Source of the DNA: the human T2T-CHM13v2.0 reference genome, Homo sapiens
NCBI RefSeq assembly: GCF_009914755.1
Contig: NC_060947.1
DNA length: 64,000 nucleotides
Reading direction: 5' to 3' (one strand)
The notes under the pieces: model-generated
Databases searched by the model: none
Told to the model about the DNA's origin: nothing
The model's input: only the letters and a program-made list of their open reading frames with translations
Program-made: the position numbers and the translations under genes
Shown here: in pieces, positions 19,451 through 33,454 of the stretch
Numbering within the stretch: position 1 is the stretch's first letter
Layout of the letters: every line of letters starts with the position of its first letter

Positions 19451-20783
19451 CCCATGGCATATAAACTGGTCTCAACAACTAAAGAATATTGGATTCTTCC
19501 CATAGCTTCCTAACACTGGGAGTTAGGCACTTTAATTTCTCATTACAGATATAACTACATTACAATACTATATAGTATTCCAGTAAATTAAAGAAGTAAA
19601 TGCACTTTCTTAGGTGCTAGTCTTCACAAAGGAAATACTTAATTCACTTGGTGGAACGGTTGGTTCCCTTGATGTGCATACATGTGTTTACCTGATGACT
19701 GAAATACAACATGATACACTGGAAATAGCACACGTTTTTGAGTTAGAAAAACACAAGTTCAAATTTGGCTCTGCTATCTCTAGCATTCCTTGAGCTTCTG
19801 TTTGTCAGTAAGATGTACCTATAGCTCATGCACATGACTGCTGCACAGAATAAATGAAATTAATATGTAAAGCAACAGGTTACAGCAGTTGCCACAAAGA
19901 TAATATCCAATAAACACTAGTCCTTTTTCATTTCCCTTCCATAACTCGATTGTGTAATCACAAAAAATCACTTCAATGAAAAACAATCTTTGTGTAGCAA
20001 AAATATTTTAGGTCCAAAATATTAAGTAGCCCACTTATTGTAAGGAAGAATCAGGAAAACAAAGCTCTGATAAAACAATCTGGATAGTTCTTTACAGTCT
20101 ATGATGTTTGAACCTAGCCTATGATAGAATAATTACTACAATTTACATTTTAGTCTTTAGCCTGTTTTGCAATACCCAACGTATTAAATTTAATGTTGAA
20201 ATGATCATGAAAACCTTTAAGTTGAATAATACTTCAGAATACTTTTTAAATAAGTCATGGTAATCAAAAAATAACTATCCTATATATTTATATTAGAATA
20301 CATAATATATAAATACACCCTATATATTTATATTAGAATACATATATTAGAATTATATTGCCCAAATACTTTGACGTATTTTCCAAGCAGTGGTAATGGG
20401 TTTGCACTAATCCATTTGAATTCTCGCCTAGTCCTCCTTGCAATCAAATGTAAAATATTAGAATGCTATCGGTGTGTCCGGAATTGGTGGGTTCTTGGTC
20501 TCACTGACTTAAAGAATGAAGCCGCGGACCCGCGCGGTGAGTGTTACAGCTCTTAAGGTGGCACGTCTGGAGTTTGTTCCTTCTGATGTTCAGATGTGTT
20601 CGGAGTTTCTTCCTTCTGGTGGGTTCGTGGTCTCGCTGGCTCAGGAGTGAAGCTGCAGACCTTCGCGGTGAATGTTACAGCTCTTAAGGCAGAGCGTCTG
20701 GAGTTGTTCGTTCCTCCCGGTGGGCTTGTGGTCTCGGTGGGCGCAGGAGTGAAGCTGCAGATCTTCGCGGTGAGTGTTACAGC

Positions 20784-20802
20784 TCATAAAAGCAGCGTGG
20801 AC
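20784..20802 (-). CDS. CHM: Coding part of an alternative CHM terminal exon inside LTR12C (short isoform ending ...FCYARSTLLL*)
   Basis: Minus strand reads gtctttAG|G TCC ACG CTG CTT TTA TGA. Spliced to exon 4 (ends ...GCC AG) this gives R-S-T-L-L-L-stop, a 110-aa product. This matches my recollection of the annotated short CHM isoform C-terminus. Confidence 0.8.
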
Positions 20803-20825
20803 CTAAAGACCGAGCAGCAGCAAGA

Positions 20826-21440
20826 TTTATTGCAAAGAGCAAAAGAGCAAAGCCTCCACAGTGTGGAAGGGGACCGGAGCTGGTTGCCACTGCTGGCTGG
20901 GCAGCCTGCTTTTATTGTCTTATCTGGCCCCACCCACATCCCGCTGATTGGTAGAGCCAAGTGGTCTGTTTTGACAGGGTGCTGATTGGTGCGTTTACAA
21001 TCCCTGAGCTAGATATAAAGGTTCTCCACATCCCCATCAGATTAGTTAGATACAGAGTATAGATACAAAGGTTCTCCAAGGCCCCACCAGAGCAGCTAGA
21101 TACAGAGTGTCGATTGGTGCATTCACAAACCTTGAGCGAAACACAGGGTGCTGATTGGTGTGTTTACAAACCTTGAGCTAGATACAGAGTGCCAATTGGT
21201 GTATTTACAATCCCTGAGCTAGACACAAAGGTTCTCCAAGGCCCCACCAGAGCAGCTAGATACAGAGTGTCGATTGGTGCACTCACAAACCTTGAGCTAA
21301 ACACAGGGTGCTGACTGGTGTGTTTACAATCCCTGAGCTAGACATAAAGGTTCTCCAAGGCCCCACCACAGCAGCTAGATACAGAGTGTCGATTGGTGCA
21401 CTCACAAACCCTGAGCTAGACACAGGGTGCTGATTGGTGT
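20826..21440 (-). promoter_or_regulatory. LTR12C enhancer/promoter: CCAAT (NF-Y) array, AATAAA-type TATA box and LTR polyA signal
   Basis: Eight ATTGG on the plus strand (CCAAT on minus) in ~40-bp repeats between 20947 and 21438. AATAAA on minus at 20911-20916 (ERV9 TATA position) and at 20826-20831 (polyA signal position). Confidence 0.75.
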
Positions 21441-22234
21441 ATTTACAATCCCTGAGCTAGATATAAAGACTCTCCACGTCCCCACCAGACTCAGGAGCCC
21501 AGCTGGCTTCACCCAGTGGATCCCGCACCAGGGCTGCAGGTGGAGCTGCCTGCCAGTCCCGCGCCATGCGCTCACACTCCTCAGCCCTTGGGCGGTTGAT
21601 GGGACTGGGCGCCGTGGAGCAGGGGGCGGCATTTGTCGGGGAGGCTCGGGCTGCACAGGAACCCACGGAGGCGGGGGAAGGCTCAGGCATGGCGGGCTGC
21701 AGTCCCGAGGCCTGCCCCGTGGGAAGGCAGCTAAGGCCCGGTGAGAAATTGACCACAGCGCCGGTGGGCTGGCACTGCTGGGGGACCCAGTACACCCTCC
21801 GCAGCCACTGGCCCGGGTGCTAAGCCCCTCACTGCCCGGGGCCGGCAGGGCTGGCCGGCCGCTCCGAGTGCGGGGCCCGCCAAGCCCACGCCCACCCGGA
21901 ACTCCAGCTGGCCCGCAAGCGCCACGCGCAGCCCCAGTTCCCGCTCGTGCCTCTCCCTCGACACCTCCCTGCAAGCTGAGGGAGCCAGCTCTGGCCTTGC
22001 CAGCCCAGAAAGGGGCTCCCACAGTGCAGCGGCGGGCCGAAGGGCTCCTCAAGTGCCGCCAAAGTGGGAACCCAGGCAGAGGAGGCGCCGAGAGCAAGCG
22101 AGGGCTCTGAGGACTGCCAGCACGCTGTCACCTCTCATCGGTATGGCTATGACATTGTTTATAACCAAGAAATACACATTTTACTCTTCCTTAATGTTAA
22201 ATAATCAAGTGGCATATATGAAAATCAAACCATA

Positions 22235-22582
<348 letters not shown>

Positions 22583-23174
22583 CTAATATACACCAACTCT
22601 ATAAATAAGCTAAGTCATCTGGTCTAAAGTGACAAGACATGTCATAATATTTTAGCCTTCATATCATTATAAAGTAATTTTTACATGATGTTTTGGAAAT
22701 TTACAAAAACATTTAAAACAATATCCCACATATATAGTGCACCAATGATTCAAGTTTGACTTATATCTATTTACTTGCTTGATACAAGCAAATACAGTAA
22801 ACTCTTGGCATGAATGATCATTTAAGGGTAATACTTTTGGTAATTTGTCATTTGGCCAGATTATGGATTTGAATTGCATATGCTGAGACACCATGTGCAA
22901 GAACAATATATTCAGCAAATGAGAGACATGATTGCCCAGCATTAGCATATAATTAAAATGTCCTCAGGAAGTGATGAGAACTTCCTTTCTGGGAAAAAAG
23001 AACAAAGTAGGGCTTATTAAGTGAGCCTAAGGATAAGTAGAAAACACAATTAACCTGTTGCCATATGGCTGTGGATGGAAAACACATGACTCACAAGAGA
23101 AAATAGATTCTTAAAAACAAAACCAAACCAACAAACAAAAAAGCAGCCAGTGAAAAGAAAGGCATAAAACTTTT

Positions 23175-25030
23175 CCTCTTTACTGTACACATAATTATCT
23201 AGGTAGAAAATCCCAAGCAATCTACAAAAAAGCTTCCAGAACTGGGAAGTAAATTCAGCAAGATTTCAAGAAATATCCAAAATCAAAACATAAAAGGCAA
23301 GTGCATTGCTAGATAGTAGCAATGAATATGTGAAAACCAAAATTAAAAAGACAATACCATTTATAATTGTTCCAAAGAAAATTAAATATTTAGGTATGCA
23401 ATTAGTAAAACATGTACAGGATCAGTATGCTGAAAATTACAAAATTCTATTGAAGAAAATCAAAGATGAGCTTCATAAGTAGAGAGACATACCATGTTCA
23501 TAGATTGGAAGACTCAAAATAATAAAGAGGTCAATCCTCCCAAACTATAGTATTAAAGTAATTGTTATCAAAATCTCAGCAAGATTTTTCTTTAGACATA
23601 GACAAGCTTATTTAAACATTTATATGGAAAGGCACAAACTCTAGAATATCTAAAACAATCTTGACAAGGAAAAATAAATTGGGAGGAATTTATCTGATAG
23701 TAAAGCCTATCACATAGCTTCAGTAATAAAGATAATGTGGTATTGGTGGAGGAAAAAACATATAGATCGAACAGAATAAAGAACCTCAAAATAGACCCAT
23801 CCAAGTACAATCAACTGATTTTTGACCAAGGTATAAAAGTAATTCAATGGAGGAAGAATAGCCTTTTCAATAAATGGTGTTGAAGCAATTGGATATCCTT
23901 AGATCGAAAAACAAAAAAGAACACTGATCTAAACGTACAACATAAAACTATAATTAAAAAAAAAAGAGAAAATCTATACCTATAGGTAGGCAAAAAGTTC
24001 TTAGACTTCACACCAAAATAATCAAAATAATCAAAATAATAATAATTGATAAATTAGACCTCATCAAGATTAAAAATATTTGCTCTGCAAAATATCCTAT
24101 TTAAAGAGGATGAAAAGACAAGCTAGAGTCATGGGGAAAATATTCTCCAACCACATATCTGACAAAGGACACATATTTAGAATGGATTTTTTTTAACTCT
24201 GAAAACTCAACAGTAAAAAACTACTCCAATTTTAAAAACAAGCAAAAGACATGAACAGACACTTCACCAAAAATGGTATATGGATGGCAAATAAGAGAAC
24301 ATGAAAAAATATTCAAAATGAGCCATCAAAATGGCTAAAATAAGAAAGTGACAACACCAAATTAAGGTAAGTATGTGGAGAAATTGGATTACTTACACAT
24401 TTCTGGTGGGAATGTAAAATAGTACAGCTCCTCTGAAACAGCTCTGCAGTTTCTTTTAAAACTAAATATGCAATTACCATATGACCCAGCAATTATACAC
24501 TTGGGTATTTATCCCAGAGAAATGAAAACTTTTATCCCAGAGAAAGTCACATGAAAACCAATGCACAAAATTGCATAACAGCTTTATTTGTAATAGCAAA
24601 AACTAGAAACAGTAAGATGTTTCTCAATGGGTGAATGATTAAACAAACTGTGGTAAACCCATTACTGTGGAATACTATTCAGTGATGAAAAATGAACAAA
24701 CTACTGATGTACACAACAACCTGGATGAATCTCCAGGGAATTATGCTGAGTAAAAAAAAGCCCATGCCAAAACATTACATACTATACAGTTCCATTTACA
24801 TAATATTCTTAAAATGACAAGATTATAGAGCTGGAAAACAGATTAGTGATTGTCAGGAGTTATGAATGGTAGGGGTGAGTAAGAAGTAGATCAGATGTGC
24901 TTACAGAAAAATAATAGTAGGGGTCCTTGTGGTGATAGAACTGTTCTGCTCTGTAACTTGACTGTGACAGTGAATACATGAACCCACAAATGTGATAAAA
25001 TTGTATGGAACTAAATACACACAAACTCCA
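23175..25030 (+). mobile_element. Old L1M (L1MC-like) ORF2/3'UTR remnant
   Basis: Degenerate ORF2 C-terminal motifs (tggaagactcaa, caataaatggtg) and ttaccatatgacccagcaatt. Confidence 0.75.
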
Positions 25031-25556
25031 TATCTGCAAAATGTAACATTAGCATCACTAACACATATGTTTCAAAAAGCAACGACAAAAAGCCAGAAAC
25101 CTGTACCATATTTTTCATTATTTACAAAAGGGTATGCATGAAGATTTTGCAATGTATCCTTTAAGAATGTTAAAGATCTACTATATAGTGATACTCTTAC
25201 TTACTCAAGAGGAAATAAGAGAATTTTCTAGATAACAAAACCTCGTCTCTTAAAAGGGTACAATTTTTATTCTAATCATTTTTAATACTCATCTTTCTAA
25301 AACGTACTTCAAATCCTCTACTTTTTCAAGTGGAGGATAAAGAACATTATTTAACTTTTGCCTGAAGACACTGGAATACAACTGTGATCATCAGCTGTTA
25401 CACTGTACTATAATATAGTGACGGCCTTGAGGGATCTTCTGATATGAAAAGCCACTTACCCATACACTAAATGGCCCAAAGTCTGCTTTCAGCTTGCCGA
25501 TGCTGTCTTCTCCTTTATTATTCTACCAAGCAGCACTTAAAATAGTAGCATGTTAG

Positions 25557-25850
25557 AGCCGGGCGCAGTGGCTCACGCCTGTAATCCCAGCACTTTGGGA
25601 GGCCGAGGCAGGTGGATCACGAGGTCAGGAGATCGAGACCATCCTGCCTAACACGGTGAAACCCTGTCTCTACTAAAAATACAAAAAATTAGCCGGGTGT
25701 GGTGGCAGGCGCCTGCAGTCCCAGCTACTCGGGAGGCTGAGGCAGGAGAATGGCATGAACCTGGGAGGCGGAGCTTGCAGTGAGCAGAGACCACGCACCA
25801 CTGCACTCCAGCTTGGGTAGCAGAGTGAGACTCCGTCTCAAAAAAAAAAA
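25557..25850 (+). mobile_element. AluY-like
   Basis: Contains gatcgagaccatcctg.ctaacacggtg and gcggagcttgcagtgag; TSD aaaatagtagcatgttag. Confidence 0.93.
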
Positions 25851-26081
25851 AATAGTAGCATGTTAGAGCCCAGAGAGACTTCTGAGATCGCCTAGTCCAA
25901 ACCCTTCCAAACACGTTTCATTAATGGCAAAACATAGACTCAAAATAGAGACATCCCTTGCTCAGTATCACATAGCAAGTCAAGGACTATAACCCTAGTC
26001 TCCATGTGGTTCTCAGTTTGCTTGCCTCTAGCAGATACCCCTTTCCTATTTGCTGCTTTAAACTACAATGCTAGGGGGAAA

Positions 26082-26088
26082 ACACACA

Positions 26089-26130
<42 letters not shown>
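26082..26130. repeat. (CA)n microsatellite
   Basis: About 20 uninterrupted CA units preceded by a short interrupted run. Confidence 0.97.
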
Positions 26131-26139
<9 letters not shown>

Positions 26140-27954
26140 TGAGGTTGTCAGAAATATGTATTAAATAAATAAGGCTTTTAAGTCAGTGAGTGCTGATGAT
26201 AACCTCCTGTATAATGTAAAACTTTGTGACAACTATTTTGGCCCTAGCCCCTTTCATATAATTTCAAGTTTGTGAACATGATCCAAAAGATTAAGGATGC
26301 CAGTCTTGCTGGGGCTAAGTGAGATATTGTTAGTCCTATTTACCCATGTTGCCAGCACTTACTATAGATAGCCCTTACAAATGGATTTTCTGTACTTTCT
26401 CTACTTTCCTGATGTTCTCAAGGCTTTTCCTGCTTACTACTATGACATTAATAACCAGCTAACTTTTCCAAGTGAATTAAGACATATAAAACATTATCCC
26501 AGTTCACTTTATGCTCCACGCTCTAACTGGCAAGAGGAACATATAACAGAGTTCTATTTCGTTGTCTTCAAACAAACCTTCCACCAACAACCATTTAGTT
26601 TCTCACTTTGAGAAGTTATACAAACGAAACTGAAGAGATCAGGAACTGAAAATGAGATAATTTTCTTTGCACTCAAAATGTATCAACTCAGCCATTAGAA
26701 ACTATTAACCTCAATTATCATAAAAAGTAATCAGTGGCCTTGAAGTAACAAAAGTATAATACCTCTCAGAAGGCCAGTGTGACTGTCACTATATTGTAGT
26801 CAAGTAATATAATATTCATGGGCACACAAAAGCACGTAAGAAAGTTACCAAATATTTATTCCTCATTTCGTTAAAGCATATGTCTTTTCAGTTGAAATCA
26901 TCTTCCGTTTTAAATCTTTCAGCACTGGCTCTGAAGAATATCTAGTGAGCTGTACCTTTTCATACCAAATGGTATTTAGCATTATACAAATTATAATCTA
27001 TACCAGACATTTCAAAGGCTGTGCTTTTACAGAAAATCACAGAACACAAACAGTATATTATGGGGAAAGAATGCTACTTACATGGAAGATATGAACATAG
27101 GTTAAGAAGTCAAGCACATGTTACCAAACTTTTCACAGGCTCATGCTTAACACTCTGCCACAACAATGATATGTAAGATGACAAAGCGTATCCTGAAGAA
27201 TCTCTGGTGTATTGAATTTTAAGTTTTAATTACTATTAAAGTGCCTGACAGACTGATGTTCTAAGCCTCTGGACTCTATAACTACTTGAATGGCTTAACT
27301 ATGTGATTATTACCTTTTAACCTGTCAATCATATATCATTTGAAAAAGTATACTAATCCAATTGTTTTTAAACAGTGAATCTCTCACTCAGAGGGAGATA
27401 CTTAAAACATTACTTCCAACTGTTCTATCCTAATTTACCAAAATATGTACCCAAATATTATGCCCACAAAATTTACGTATTCAAAAATGATAATCTTCCA
27501 TTTTGCTACACTGAGTATTATCTAAGAAAGATGATATAGTTGGAAGAACACTGGAGCACTAGGAAAAACTCTGGAATTTAATCTTGAGCTCTACCACTCT
27601 GGAGCTTAAGTGTGGCCCTGCCGTTTACCAAGCCACGTGACCTTCTGCAACTACTTAATCTCCTTAAGTTCCATTGAGGATTCTGTAAAAAAAATCCAAC
27701 TATTAATACTACTATCTGCCCTACCCTAGCAAAGAATTGTTTTAATGATCAAATGAGATAATATATTTAAAACGGCTTGGTAAATTCGGAGGCGTTAAGG
27801 TAAAATGTTATCATTATTACCTAAACAGAGACAACTGAAAGTTCCATTTAAAAACAGGCAAAACCAGCATATTAACGTGACTTGTAGCAACCAATGCCAC
27901 ATAAATCTTTATTGTTGGCTTCTTCTAAAGAAGAGTGAAAAAGTCATTAATTTA

Positions 27955-28107
<153 letters not shown>

Positions 28108-30370
28108 CTAAACAAAACACAGATAAGAAGTTTTAATCAAAGTGGGCAGTGTGAAACATGCAATTTTCTGAGAAAATTTACCTCTTGTCTAAATTCATGC
28201 TTATTTCATCTTACCAAAACTCAAAGGATATCACCTCAGAGTCACCAAAGAAAGTCCAACAAGTGTTTCAACTTCAAAGGAAGGGGAGAAAAACAATGTG
28301 TAAAATCTGTACTATCAAAAACTAGATCTGATTTACAGATTTCTGTCAGGGTATATGAAATTTTGAAAAAGTCATTCGGACATGGCTGTTTGGACATTGC
28401 TTAAGAACTAGGACAACTAACCCTCTATCTGCTGAGAATCAAGTATATCTGTTATATACATTACTTATTAATAAAAACAGGGCCTTTTTTTTAACATTTT
28501 TTGGTCAAAACAGCAGAGTCAAAATAACTTCGTTCTATTTATTTTCAGATCTTTGAAGGTTGGTCGCTAGTCATATCAAATTTTGATTACATATAAAAGT
28601 ACTTCTGAAAAATATTCAGCCCAGTATAACTAAGGGCTTTATAATAATTAGTCCCTGAATACCTTAAAAAACAAGAAAGACAATAAAAAACAAGAATGTG
28701 TACTAAAGCATGTAAACTCTCACTAAGGGTTGAAAGTGGTCCGTTAAAATGTTCAGTAATTCCTAATTATATTTTATGGAGTATTTGAATACACAGTATT
28801 TTTGAAGGTGTCAAGATATACCTTTTTCAAATGTCAAGGATCAATTTTTAATCTGTTTAAAATTTTAAGCTGTTTAATACACATCTTTCTCAGAGAAAAC
28901 TTTTTGAAACTGTATTATACATACTGAAGGAACTAGTAGGAAAATAGAATTACAATATCTTTTAAGTAAATTCATCTCAGAAAACTTTTAAACTTACAAA
29001 TGTCATAAAGGCAATAAATATTTTTAAAAGGCTTTGTTGTCCTGAGTTTAACATTTTAAACTGAAGAAAAGTAGTGACATACAGCTCTTATTATCAAGTA
29101 TAATATTAGATAGTACTAAACATCCAAACATAAGTAGAAGAGAAGGTGAAATACAAGATTTTTGAATGTGTAGACATGAGGTTACCAGCCTAAGAAAAGA
29201 ACTGTGGACCAGGGAAAGGGAATGGAGAGACAAAGACAGTGGCAGGGTCAAGATTCTGGAGTAAAACAATCATTAAAATAAACTAAACTTCAAGAAAAAC
29301 ATTTTTATTTGAATAAATAATAAACATTACCAAATGTATTTTTTTTAATTTCCATTCAGACTATTGGGGTATATTTTGTTATTGTTGTTTTGAGAATCTA
29401 CACTACATTTTCTCATGGAAGTACTAAATATGCCTAAATATAAGGTGACCCTCACATACACTTCCCAAAAATGAGGTGCAAAAAAGAGTTTCTGATCAAA
29501 GTAAATACATGAATATTTAAGCACAGACTAAACAGTTAAATATCTACTTATTTACTCTCTTGACTTACACAGTTTGAATTATTATATGAAATGCTACTTT
29601 ACAAATACTGCTTGTTTCTCTATACTCATTTCATGCAACAATATTCAAACTGAATTTTCACTGCATCTTCAATATCAGTGTCTTTGTCATCATGAGAGGC
29701 ACTTTTTGAGTCATGTATACTGATTAAGTCATGTACATTGATTAAATCAATCAATCAATGCAATGGTGCTTGGCACATGATAAATGCTTAACAAGTCTTA
29801 GCTAACTGAATACAATTTTCTGGACTACATCATCCTCCTTTCCAAACATCTAAATTCTTTTGCGATACAGCAGTTTCTGATCTTCTGTATGATGCTCTCA
29901 GCAGAAATTTCATTTCAAGCCACATGTACCAATCTGCATAAGAGTAGGACAGATTTTTTTAAATCTGTCTTATAAAAGTTGGCAAGCTCCATAACTGACT
30001 CTCCATATTATGCTATACGTGATCCCTAAACAGTTTCTTTATAATGGTATTCAACAGCTTAGTATTGAGATCCTACTCTTAGAAAAAAAATTACTTAATT
30101 CATACTAAATTTCTTTGATTTTTTCTTTTGGCTGATTGTGTCAGGTGACCTCTATAAAATACAAAATCACCACTGAGATCATTTCAAATTAATGTATATT
30201 CCCCAAATTGTTAGGTTTTTTCTTTTTTTTCAAAAAAGGTTTTTGTTCAAAATATACTGACTCTAAGAGCAACCAGTAAATGTGAGATTTTATAAGGACT
30301 AGGATATTTTTTCTAAAGATGATTTTGGGGAAAAAATTATCATCTTATATTTGGGCACATAAATAATTAG

Positions 30371-30747
<377 letters not shown>

Positions 30748-30899
30748 TCTATTTATATTTAAAAAGGGATAAAGACATTGGGAAAATATTAGCTAAAAAG
30801 GTGACTTTACATATTTTTTGTAAAATAAGTGAATAAAAATAAAGAATCAATCCTGTGTTACAGGTGAAGCTTAGGGTTTTCTTCAGTGCAGGGTTACTA

Positions 30900-31076
<177 letters not shown>

Positions 31077-31434
31077 TCACTGATCTTCATCAACAAACCA
31101 TCTTTAACCCTTAAACTTACTTCACTTTTTAATATTACTGCCTCAAGAGTTCAAAAGTACACATAATTGGAAGGCTCACATAAGTGGAAGTGGTAGGCTA
31201 AAAGTAGGCCTCTCAGATCCCAAAAGAAATGTTTCATCACATAAGGAGTTAAAAAACATCTTTGGCTCCCTTAAAGCTTTCTCCACTGATTATGTGAACC
31301 GCCTGACATGGGCATTTAGCAGGTAACATGAATATATATGACTCTTGGGTTAACAAATGTGGCAAGGAAGAAAACCTTGATAGATCTCAAAGAAAGCTAC
31401 TGAAAAACTGCTAAGTTTTCTGTAAGTACTTAAA

Positions 31435-31485
31435 TCTCCTCCTCCTCCACCACCACCTCCGCCACCTCCACCACCACCACCACCA
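31435..31485. repeat. (CCA/CCT)n trinucleotide repeat
   Basis: cctcctcctccaccaccacctccgccacctccaccaccaccaccacca. Confidence 0.93.
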
Positions 31486-32069
31486 AACCCATCTCCAACA
31501 CAAAACATACACATACACACAGACACACAATTGGCTACTCTAGATAAAGTGGAAGACCCTGTGCTATTCTTAGCCTTTAGGGCCAAAAATAAAAGGAGAT
31601 ACTGGGAAACAGTTATTCACATCACATCAAGATATTTGCAATAAGTATAATAGAAACAAAACTATCACTAATAACCGGGTGAGCTATTATTCTTCATTAC
31701 TCAGTCCTGTGAAGATCGCTGTTTTGGACAACCCAGAGGTCTCCTAAATAGGTCAGGTAAACCTTGTAGACATTAGATCATTAAGTGGGGATTTTTTGCA
31801 ACCAGAACTCTTTAATTCTTCACTGCATATTGGGGCTCCGGATCCTTGTAAAACGATTTGCACTTACTGACTCTGTATGATGAGCCCCCAAGTACACTTG
31901 ATCCCACCTACAACACCCATTCTGGTTCTGGTTGGGAGGGATTCTTGGTTTTGTTTCCATTTTCATTTTTGCTTCTCTGTTTCTCTAATAAAATAAAAAT
32001 CCATGAAAGGTTTTTAAACAATTAAACAAAAAATAAAACCTATAATGTGATATCTAAAATTACTCTTCC

Positions 32070-32220
32070 AGCCAGGCACAGTGGCACACACCTGTAATCC
32101 CAGCTACTTGGGAGGCTGAAGAGAGAGGAGTCCTTGAGCCCAGAAGTTCAATACCAGCCTGTGCAAAATAGCAAGACCCTATCATAAAATAAAATAATGA
32201 AATGAAATAAAATATAAAAT
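32070..32220 (+). mobile_element. Alu monomer (FLAM-like)
   Basis: Single 7SL-derived arm with (TAAAA)n tail; TSD aaattactcttcc / aaataactcttcc. Confidence 0.8.
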
Positions 32221-33133
32221 AACTCTTCCATAATGCTACTGGAGATCATCTCCCAATTCTGATTCATGTTTCCTAAATCAACTGTCAACACAGGTCTGAA
32301 AAGTAAGCAGATTTTAGGCTCAAGCATTTTACCAAACAAATACTGCTTTTCTCTAACAGAGAAAAGGGTTAAATAAAATGCCTGTGAAAGTAGCTTTATT
32401 AATATAGATCATATCGTACTTACATCTGATGGTCTCTTCGGAAATAATGTAAATTCATGCACTGTCCAGAATCTCCAATGGTCTTTAAAATTTAGCTAGA
32501 ATTTCAGCTATAGTAGCAATTCTAGATGGTCACCCTTTACCAAAATGTTGGAATCAGGAAACCTACAAGCAGTGACCCCTTGCATCAGAGAGAACAGTGA
32601 AAGGAAGGAGAAGGTGGGTGATGGCAGGTATAGAGAAGACAGAGGAATGTTAGAATTTGAGGTTTTCCCATAGCAATTTATACTTCCATCCCTTTTGCCT
32701 GAGAAGAATACAATTCTGCTATCTCTTCCCATCCTCCAAATATAATACTCAACAAAACTAGAAAATATCCTAGGTTTTGAAGGAGGGGAAAAAAACCTGA
32801 AACTACTGACACTATATTTATTTGTTGAGATATTTAGATTTATTTGCAATCAACATAAAGTCTTAAGTGAGCAGCACTGGCTAATGGGTGAAAGCTTCAA
32901 GATCAAAGTAAAATTTATTTGAATGGATATACCAATATATAAGTAATAAATATATATCAAAAATCTAACATTGGGGACAGACAAAAGTTTCTTCGGACAC
33001 AAAAAGCAATTAAAACTATTGATAAATTAGGTTTCCTCAAAATGAAAAACTTCCCTAAAAAATAAATTATTTTAATAAATGAATGGGCCAGACACAAATA
33101 TTCACAAAACATATCTAATAAAGGCTTGGTATT

Positions 33134-33454
<321 letters not shown>

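Larger units (their letters stand above)
20473..22137 (-). mobile_element. Solo LTR12C (ERV9 LTR), same orientation as CHM
   Basis: Minus strand starts TGAGAGGTGACAGCGTGCTGG and ends CCAATTCCGGACACA. 4-bp TSD TCGG at 20469-20472 and 22138-22141. GC/CpG-rich 5' U3, tandem CCAAT/GATA repeats and U5 repeats are present. Confidence 0.95.

Noticed and set aside
20940-21480. Regularly spaced ~40-bp repeats resembling a CRISPR array
   Set aside because: These are the known tandem CCAAT/GATA enhancer repeats of LTR12; there are no unique spacers and the context is eukaryotic.
21402-22131. Overlapping ORFs up to 231 aa on both strands
   Set aside because: They lie in the GC-rich U3 of LTR12C, where stop codons are scarce; no recognisable protein.
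31350-31586. Poly-glycine ORF
   Set aside because: It is a translation of the (GGT/GGA)n microsatellite.
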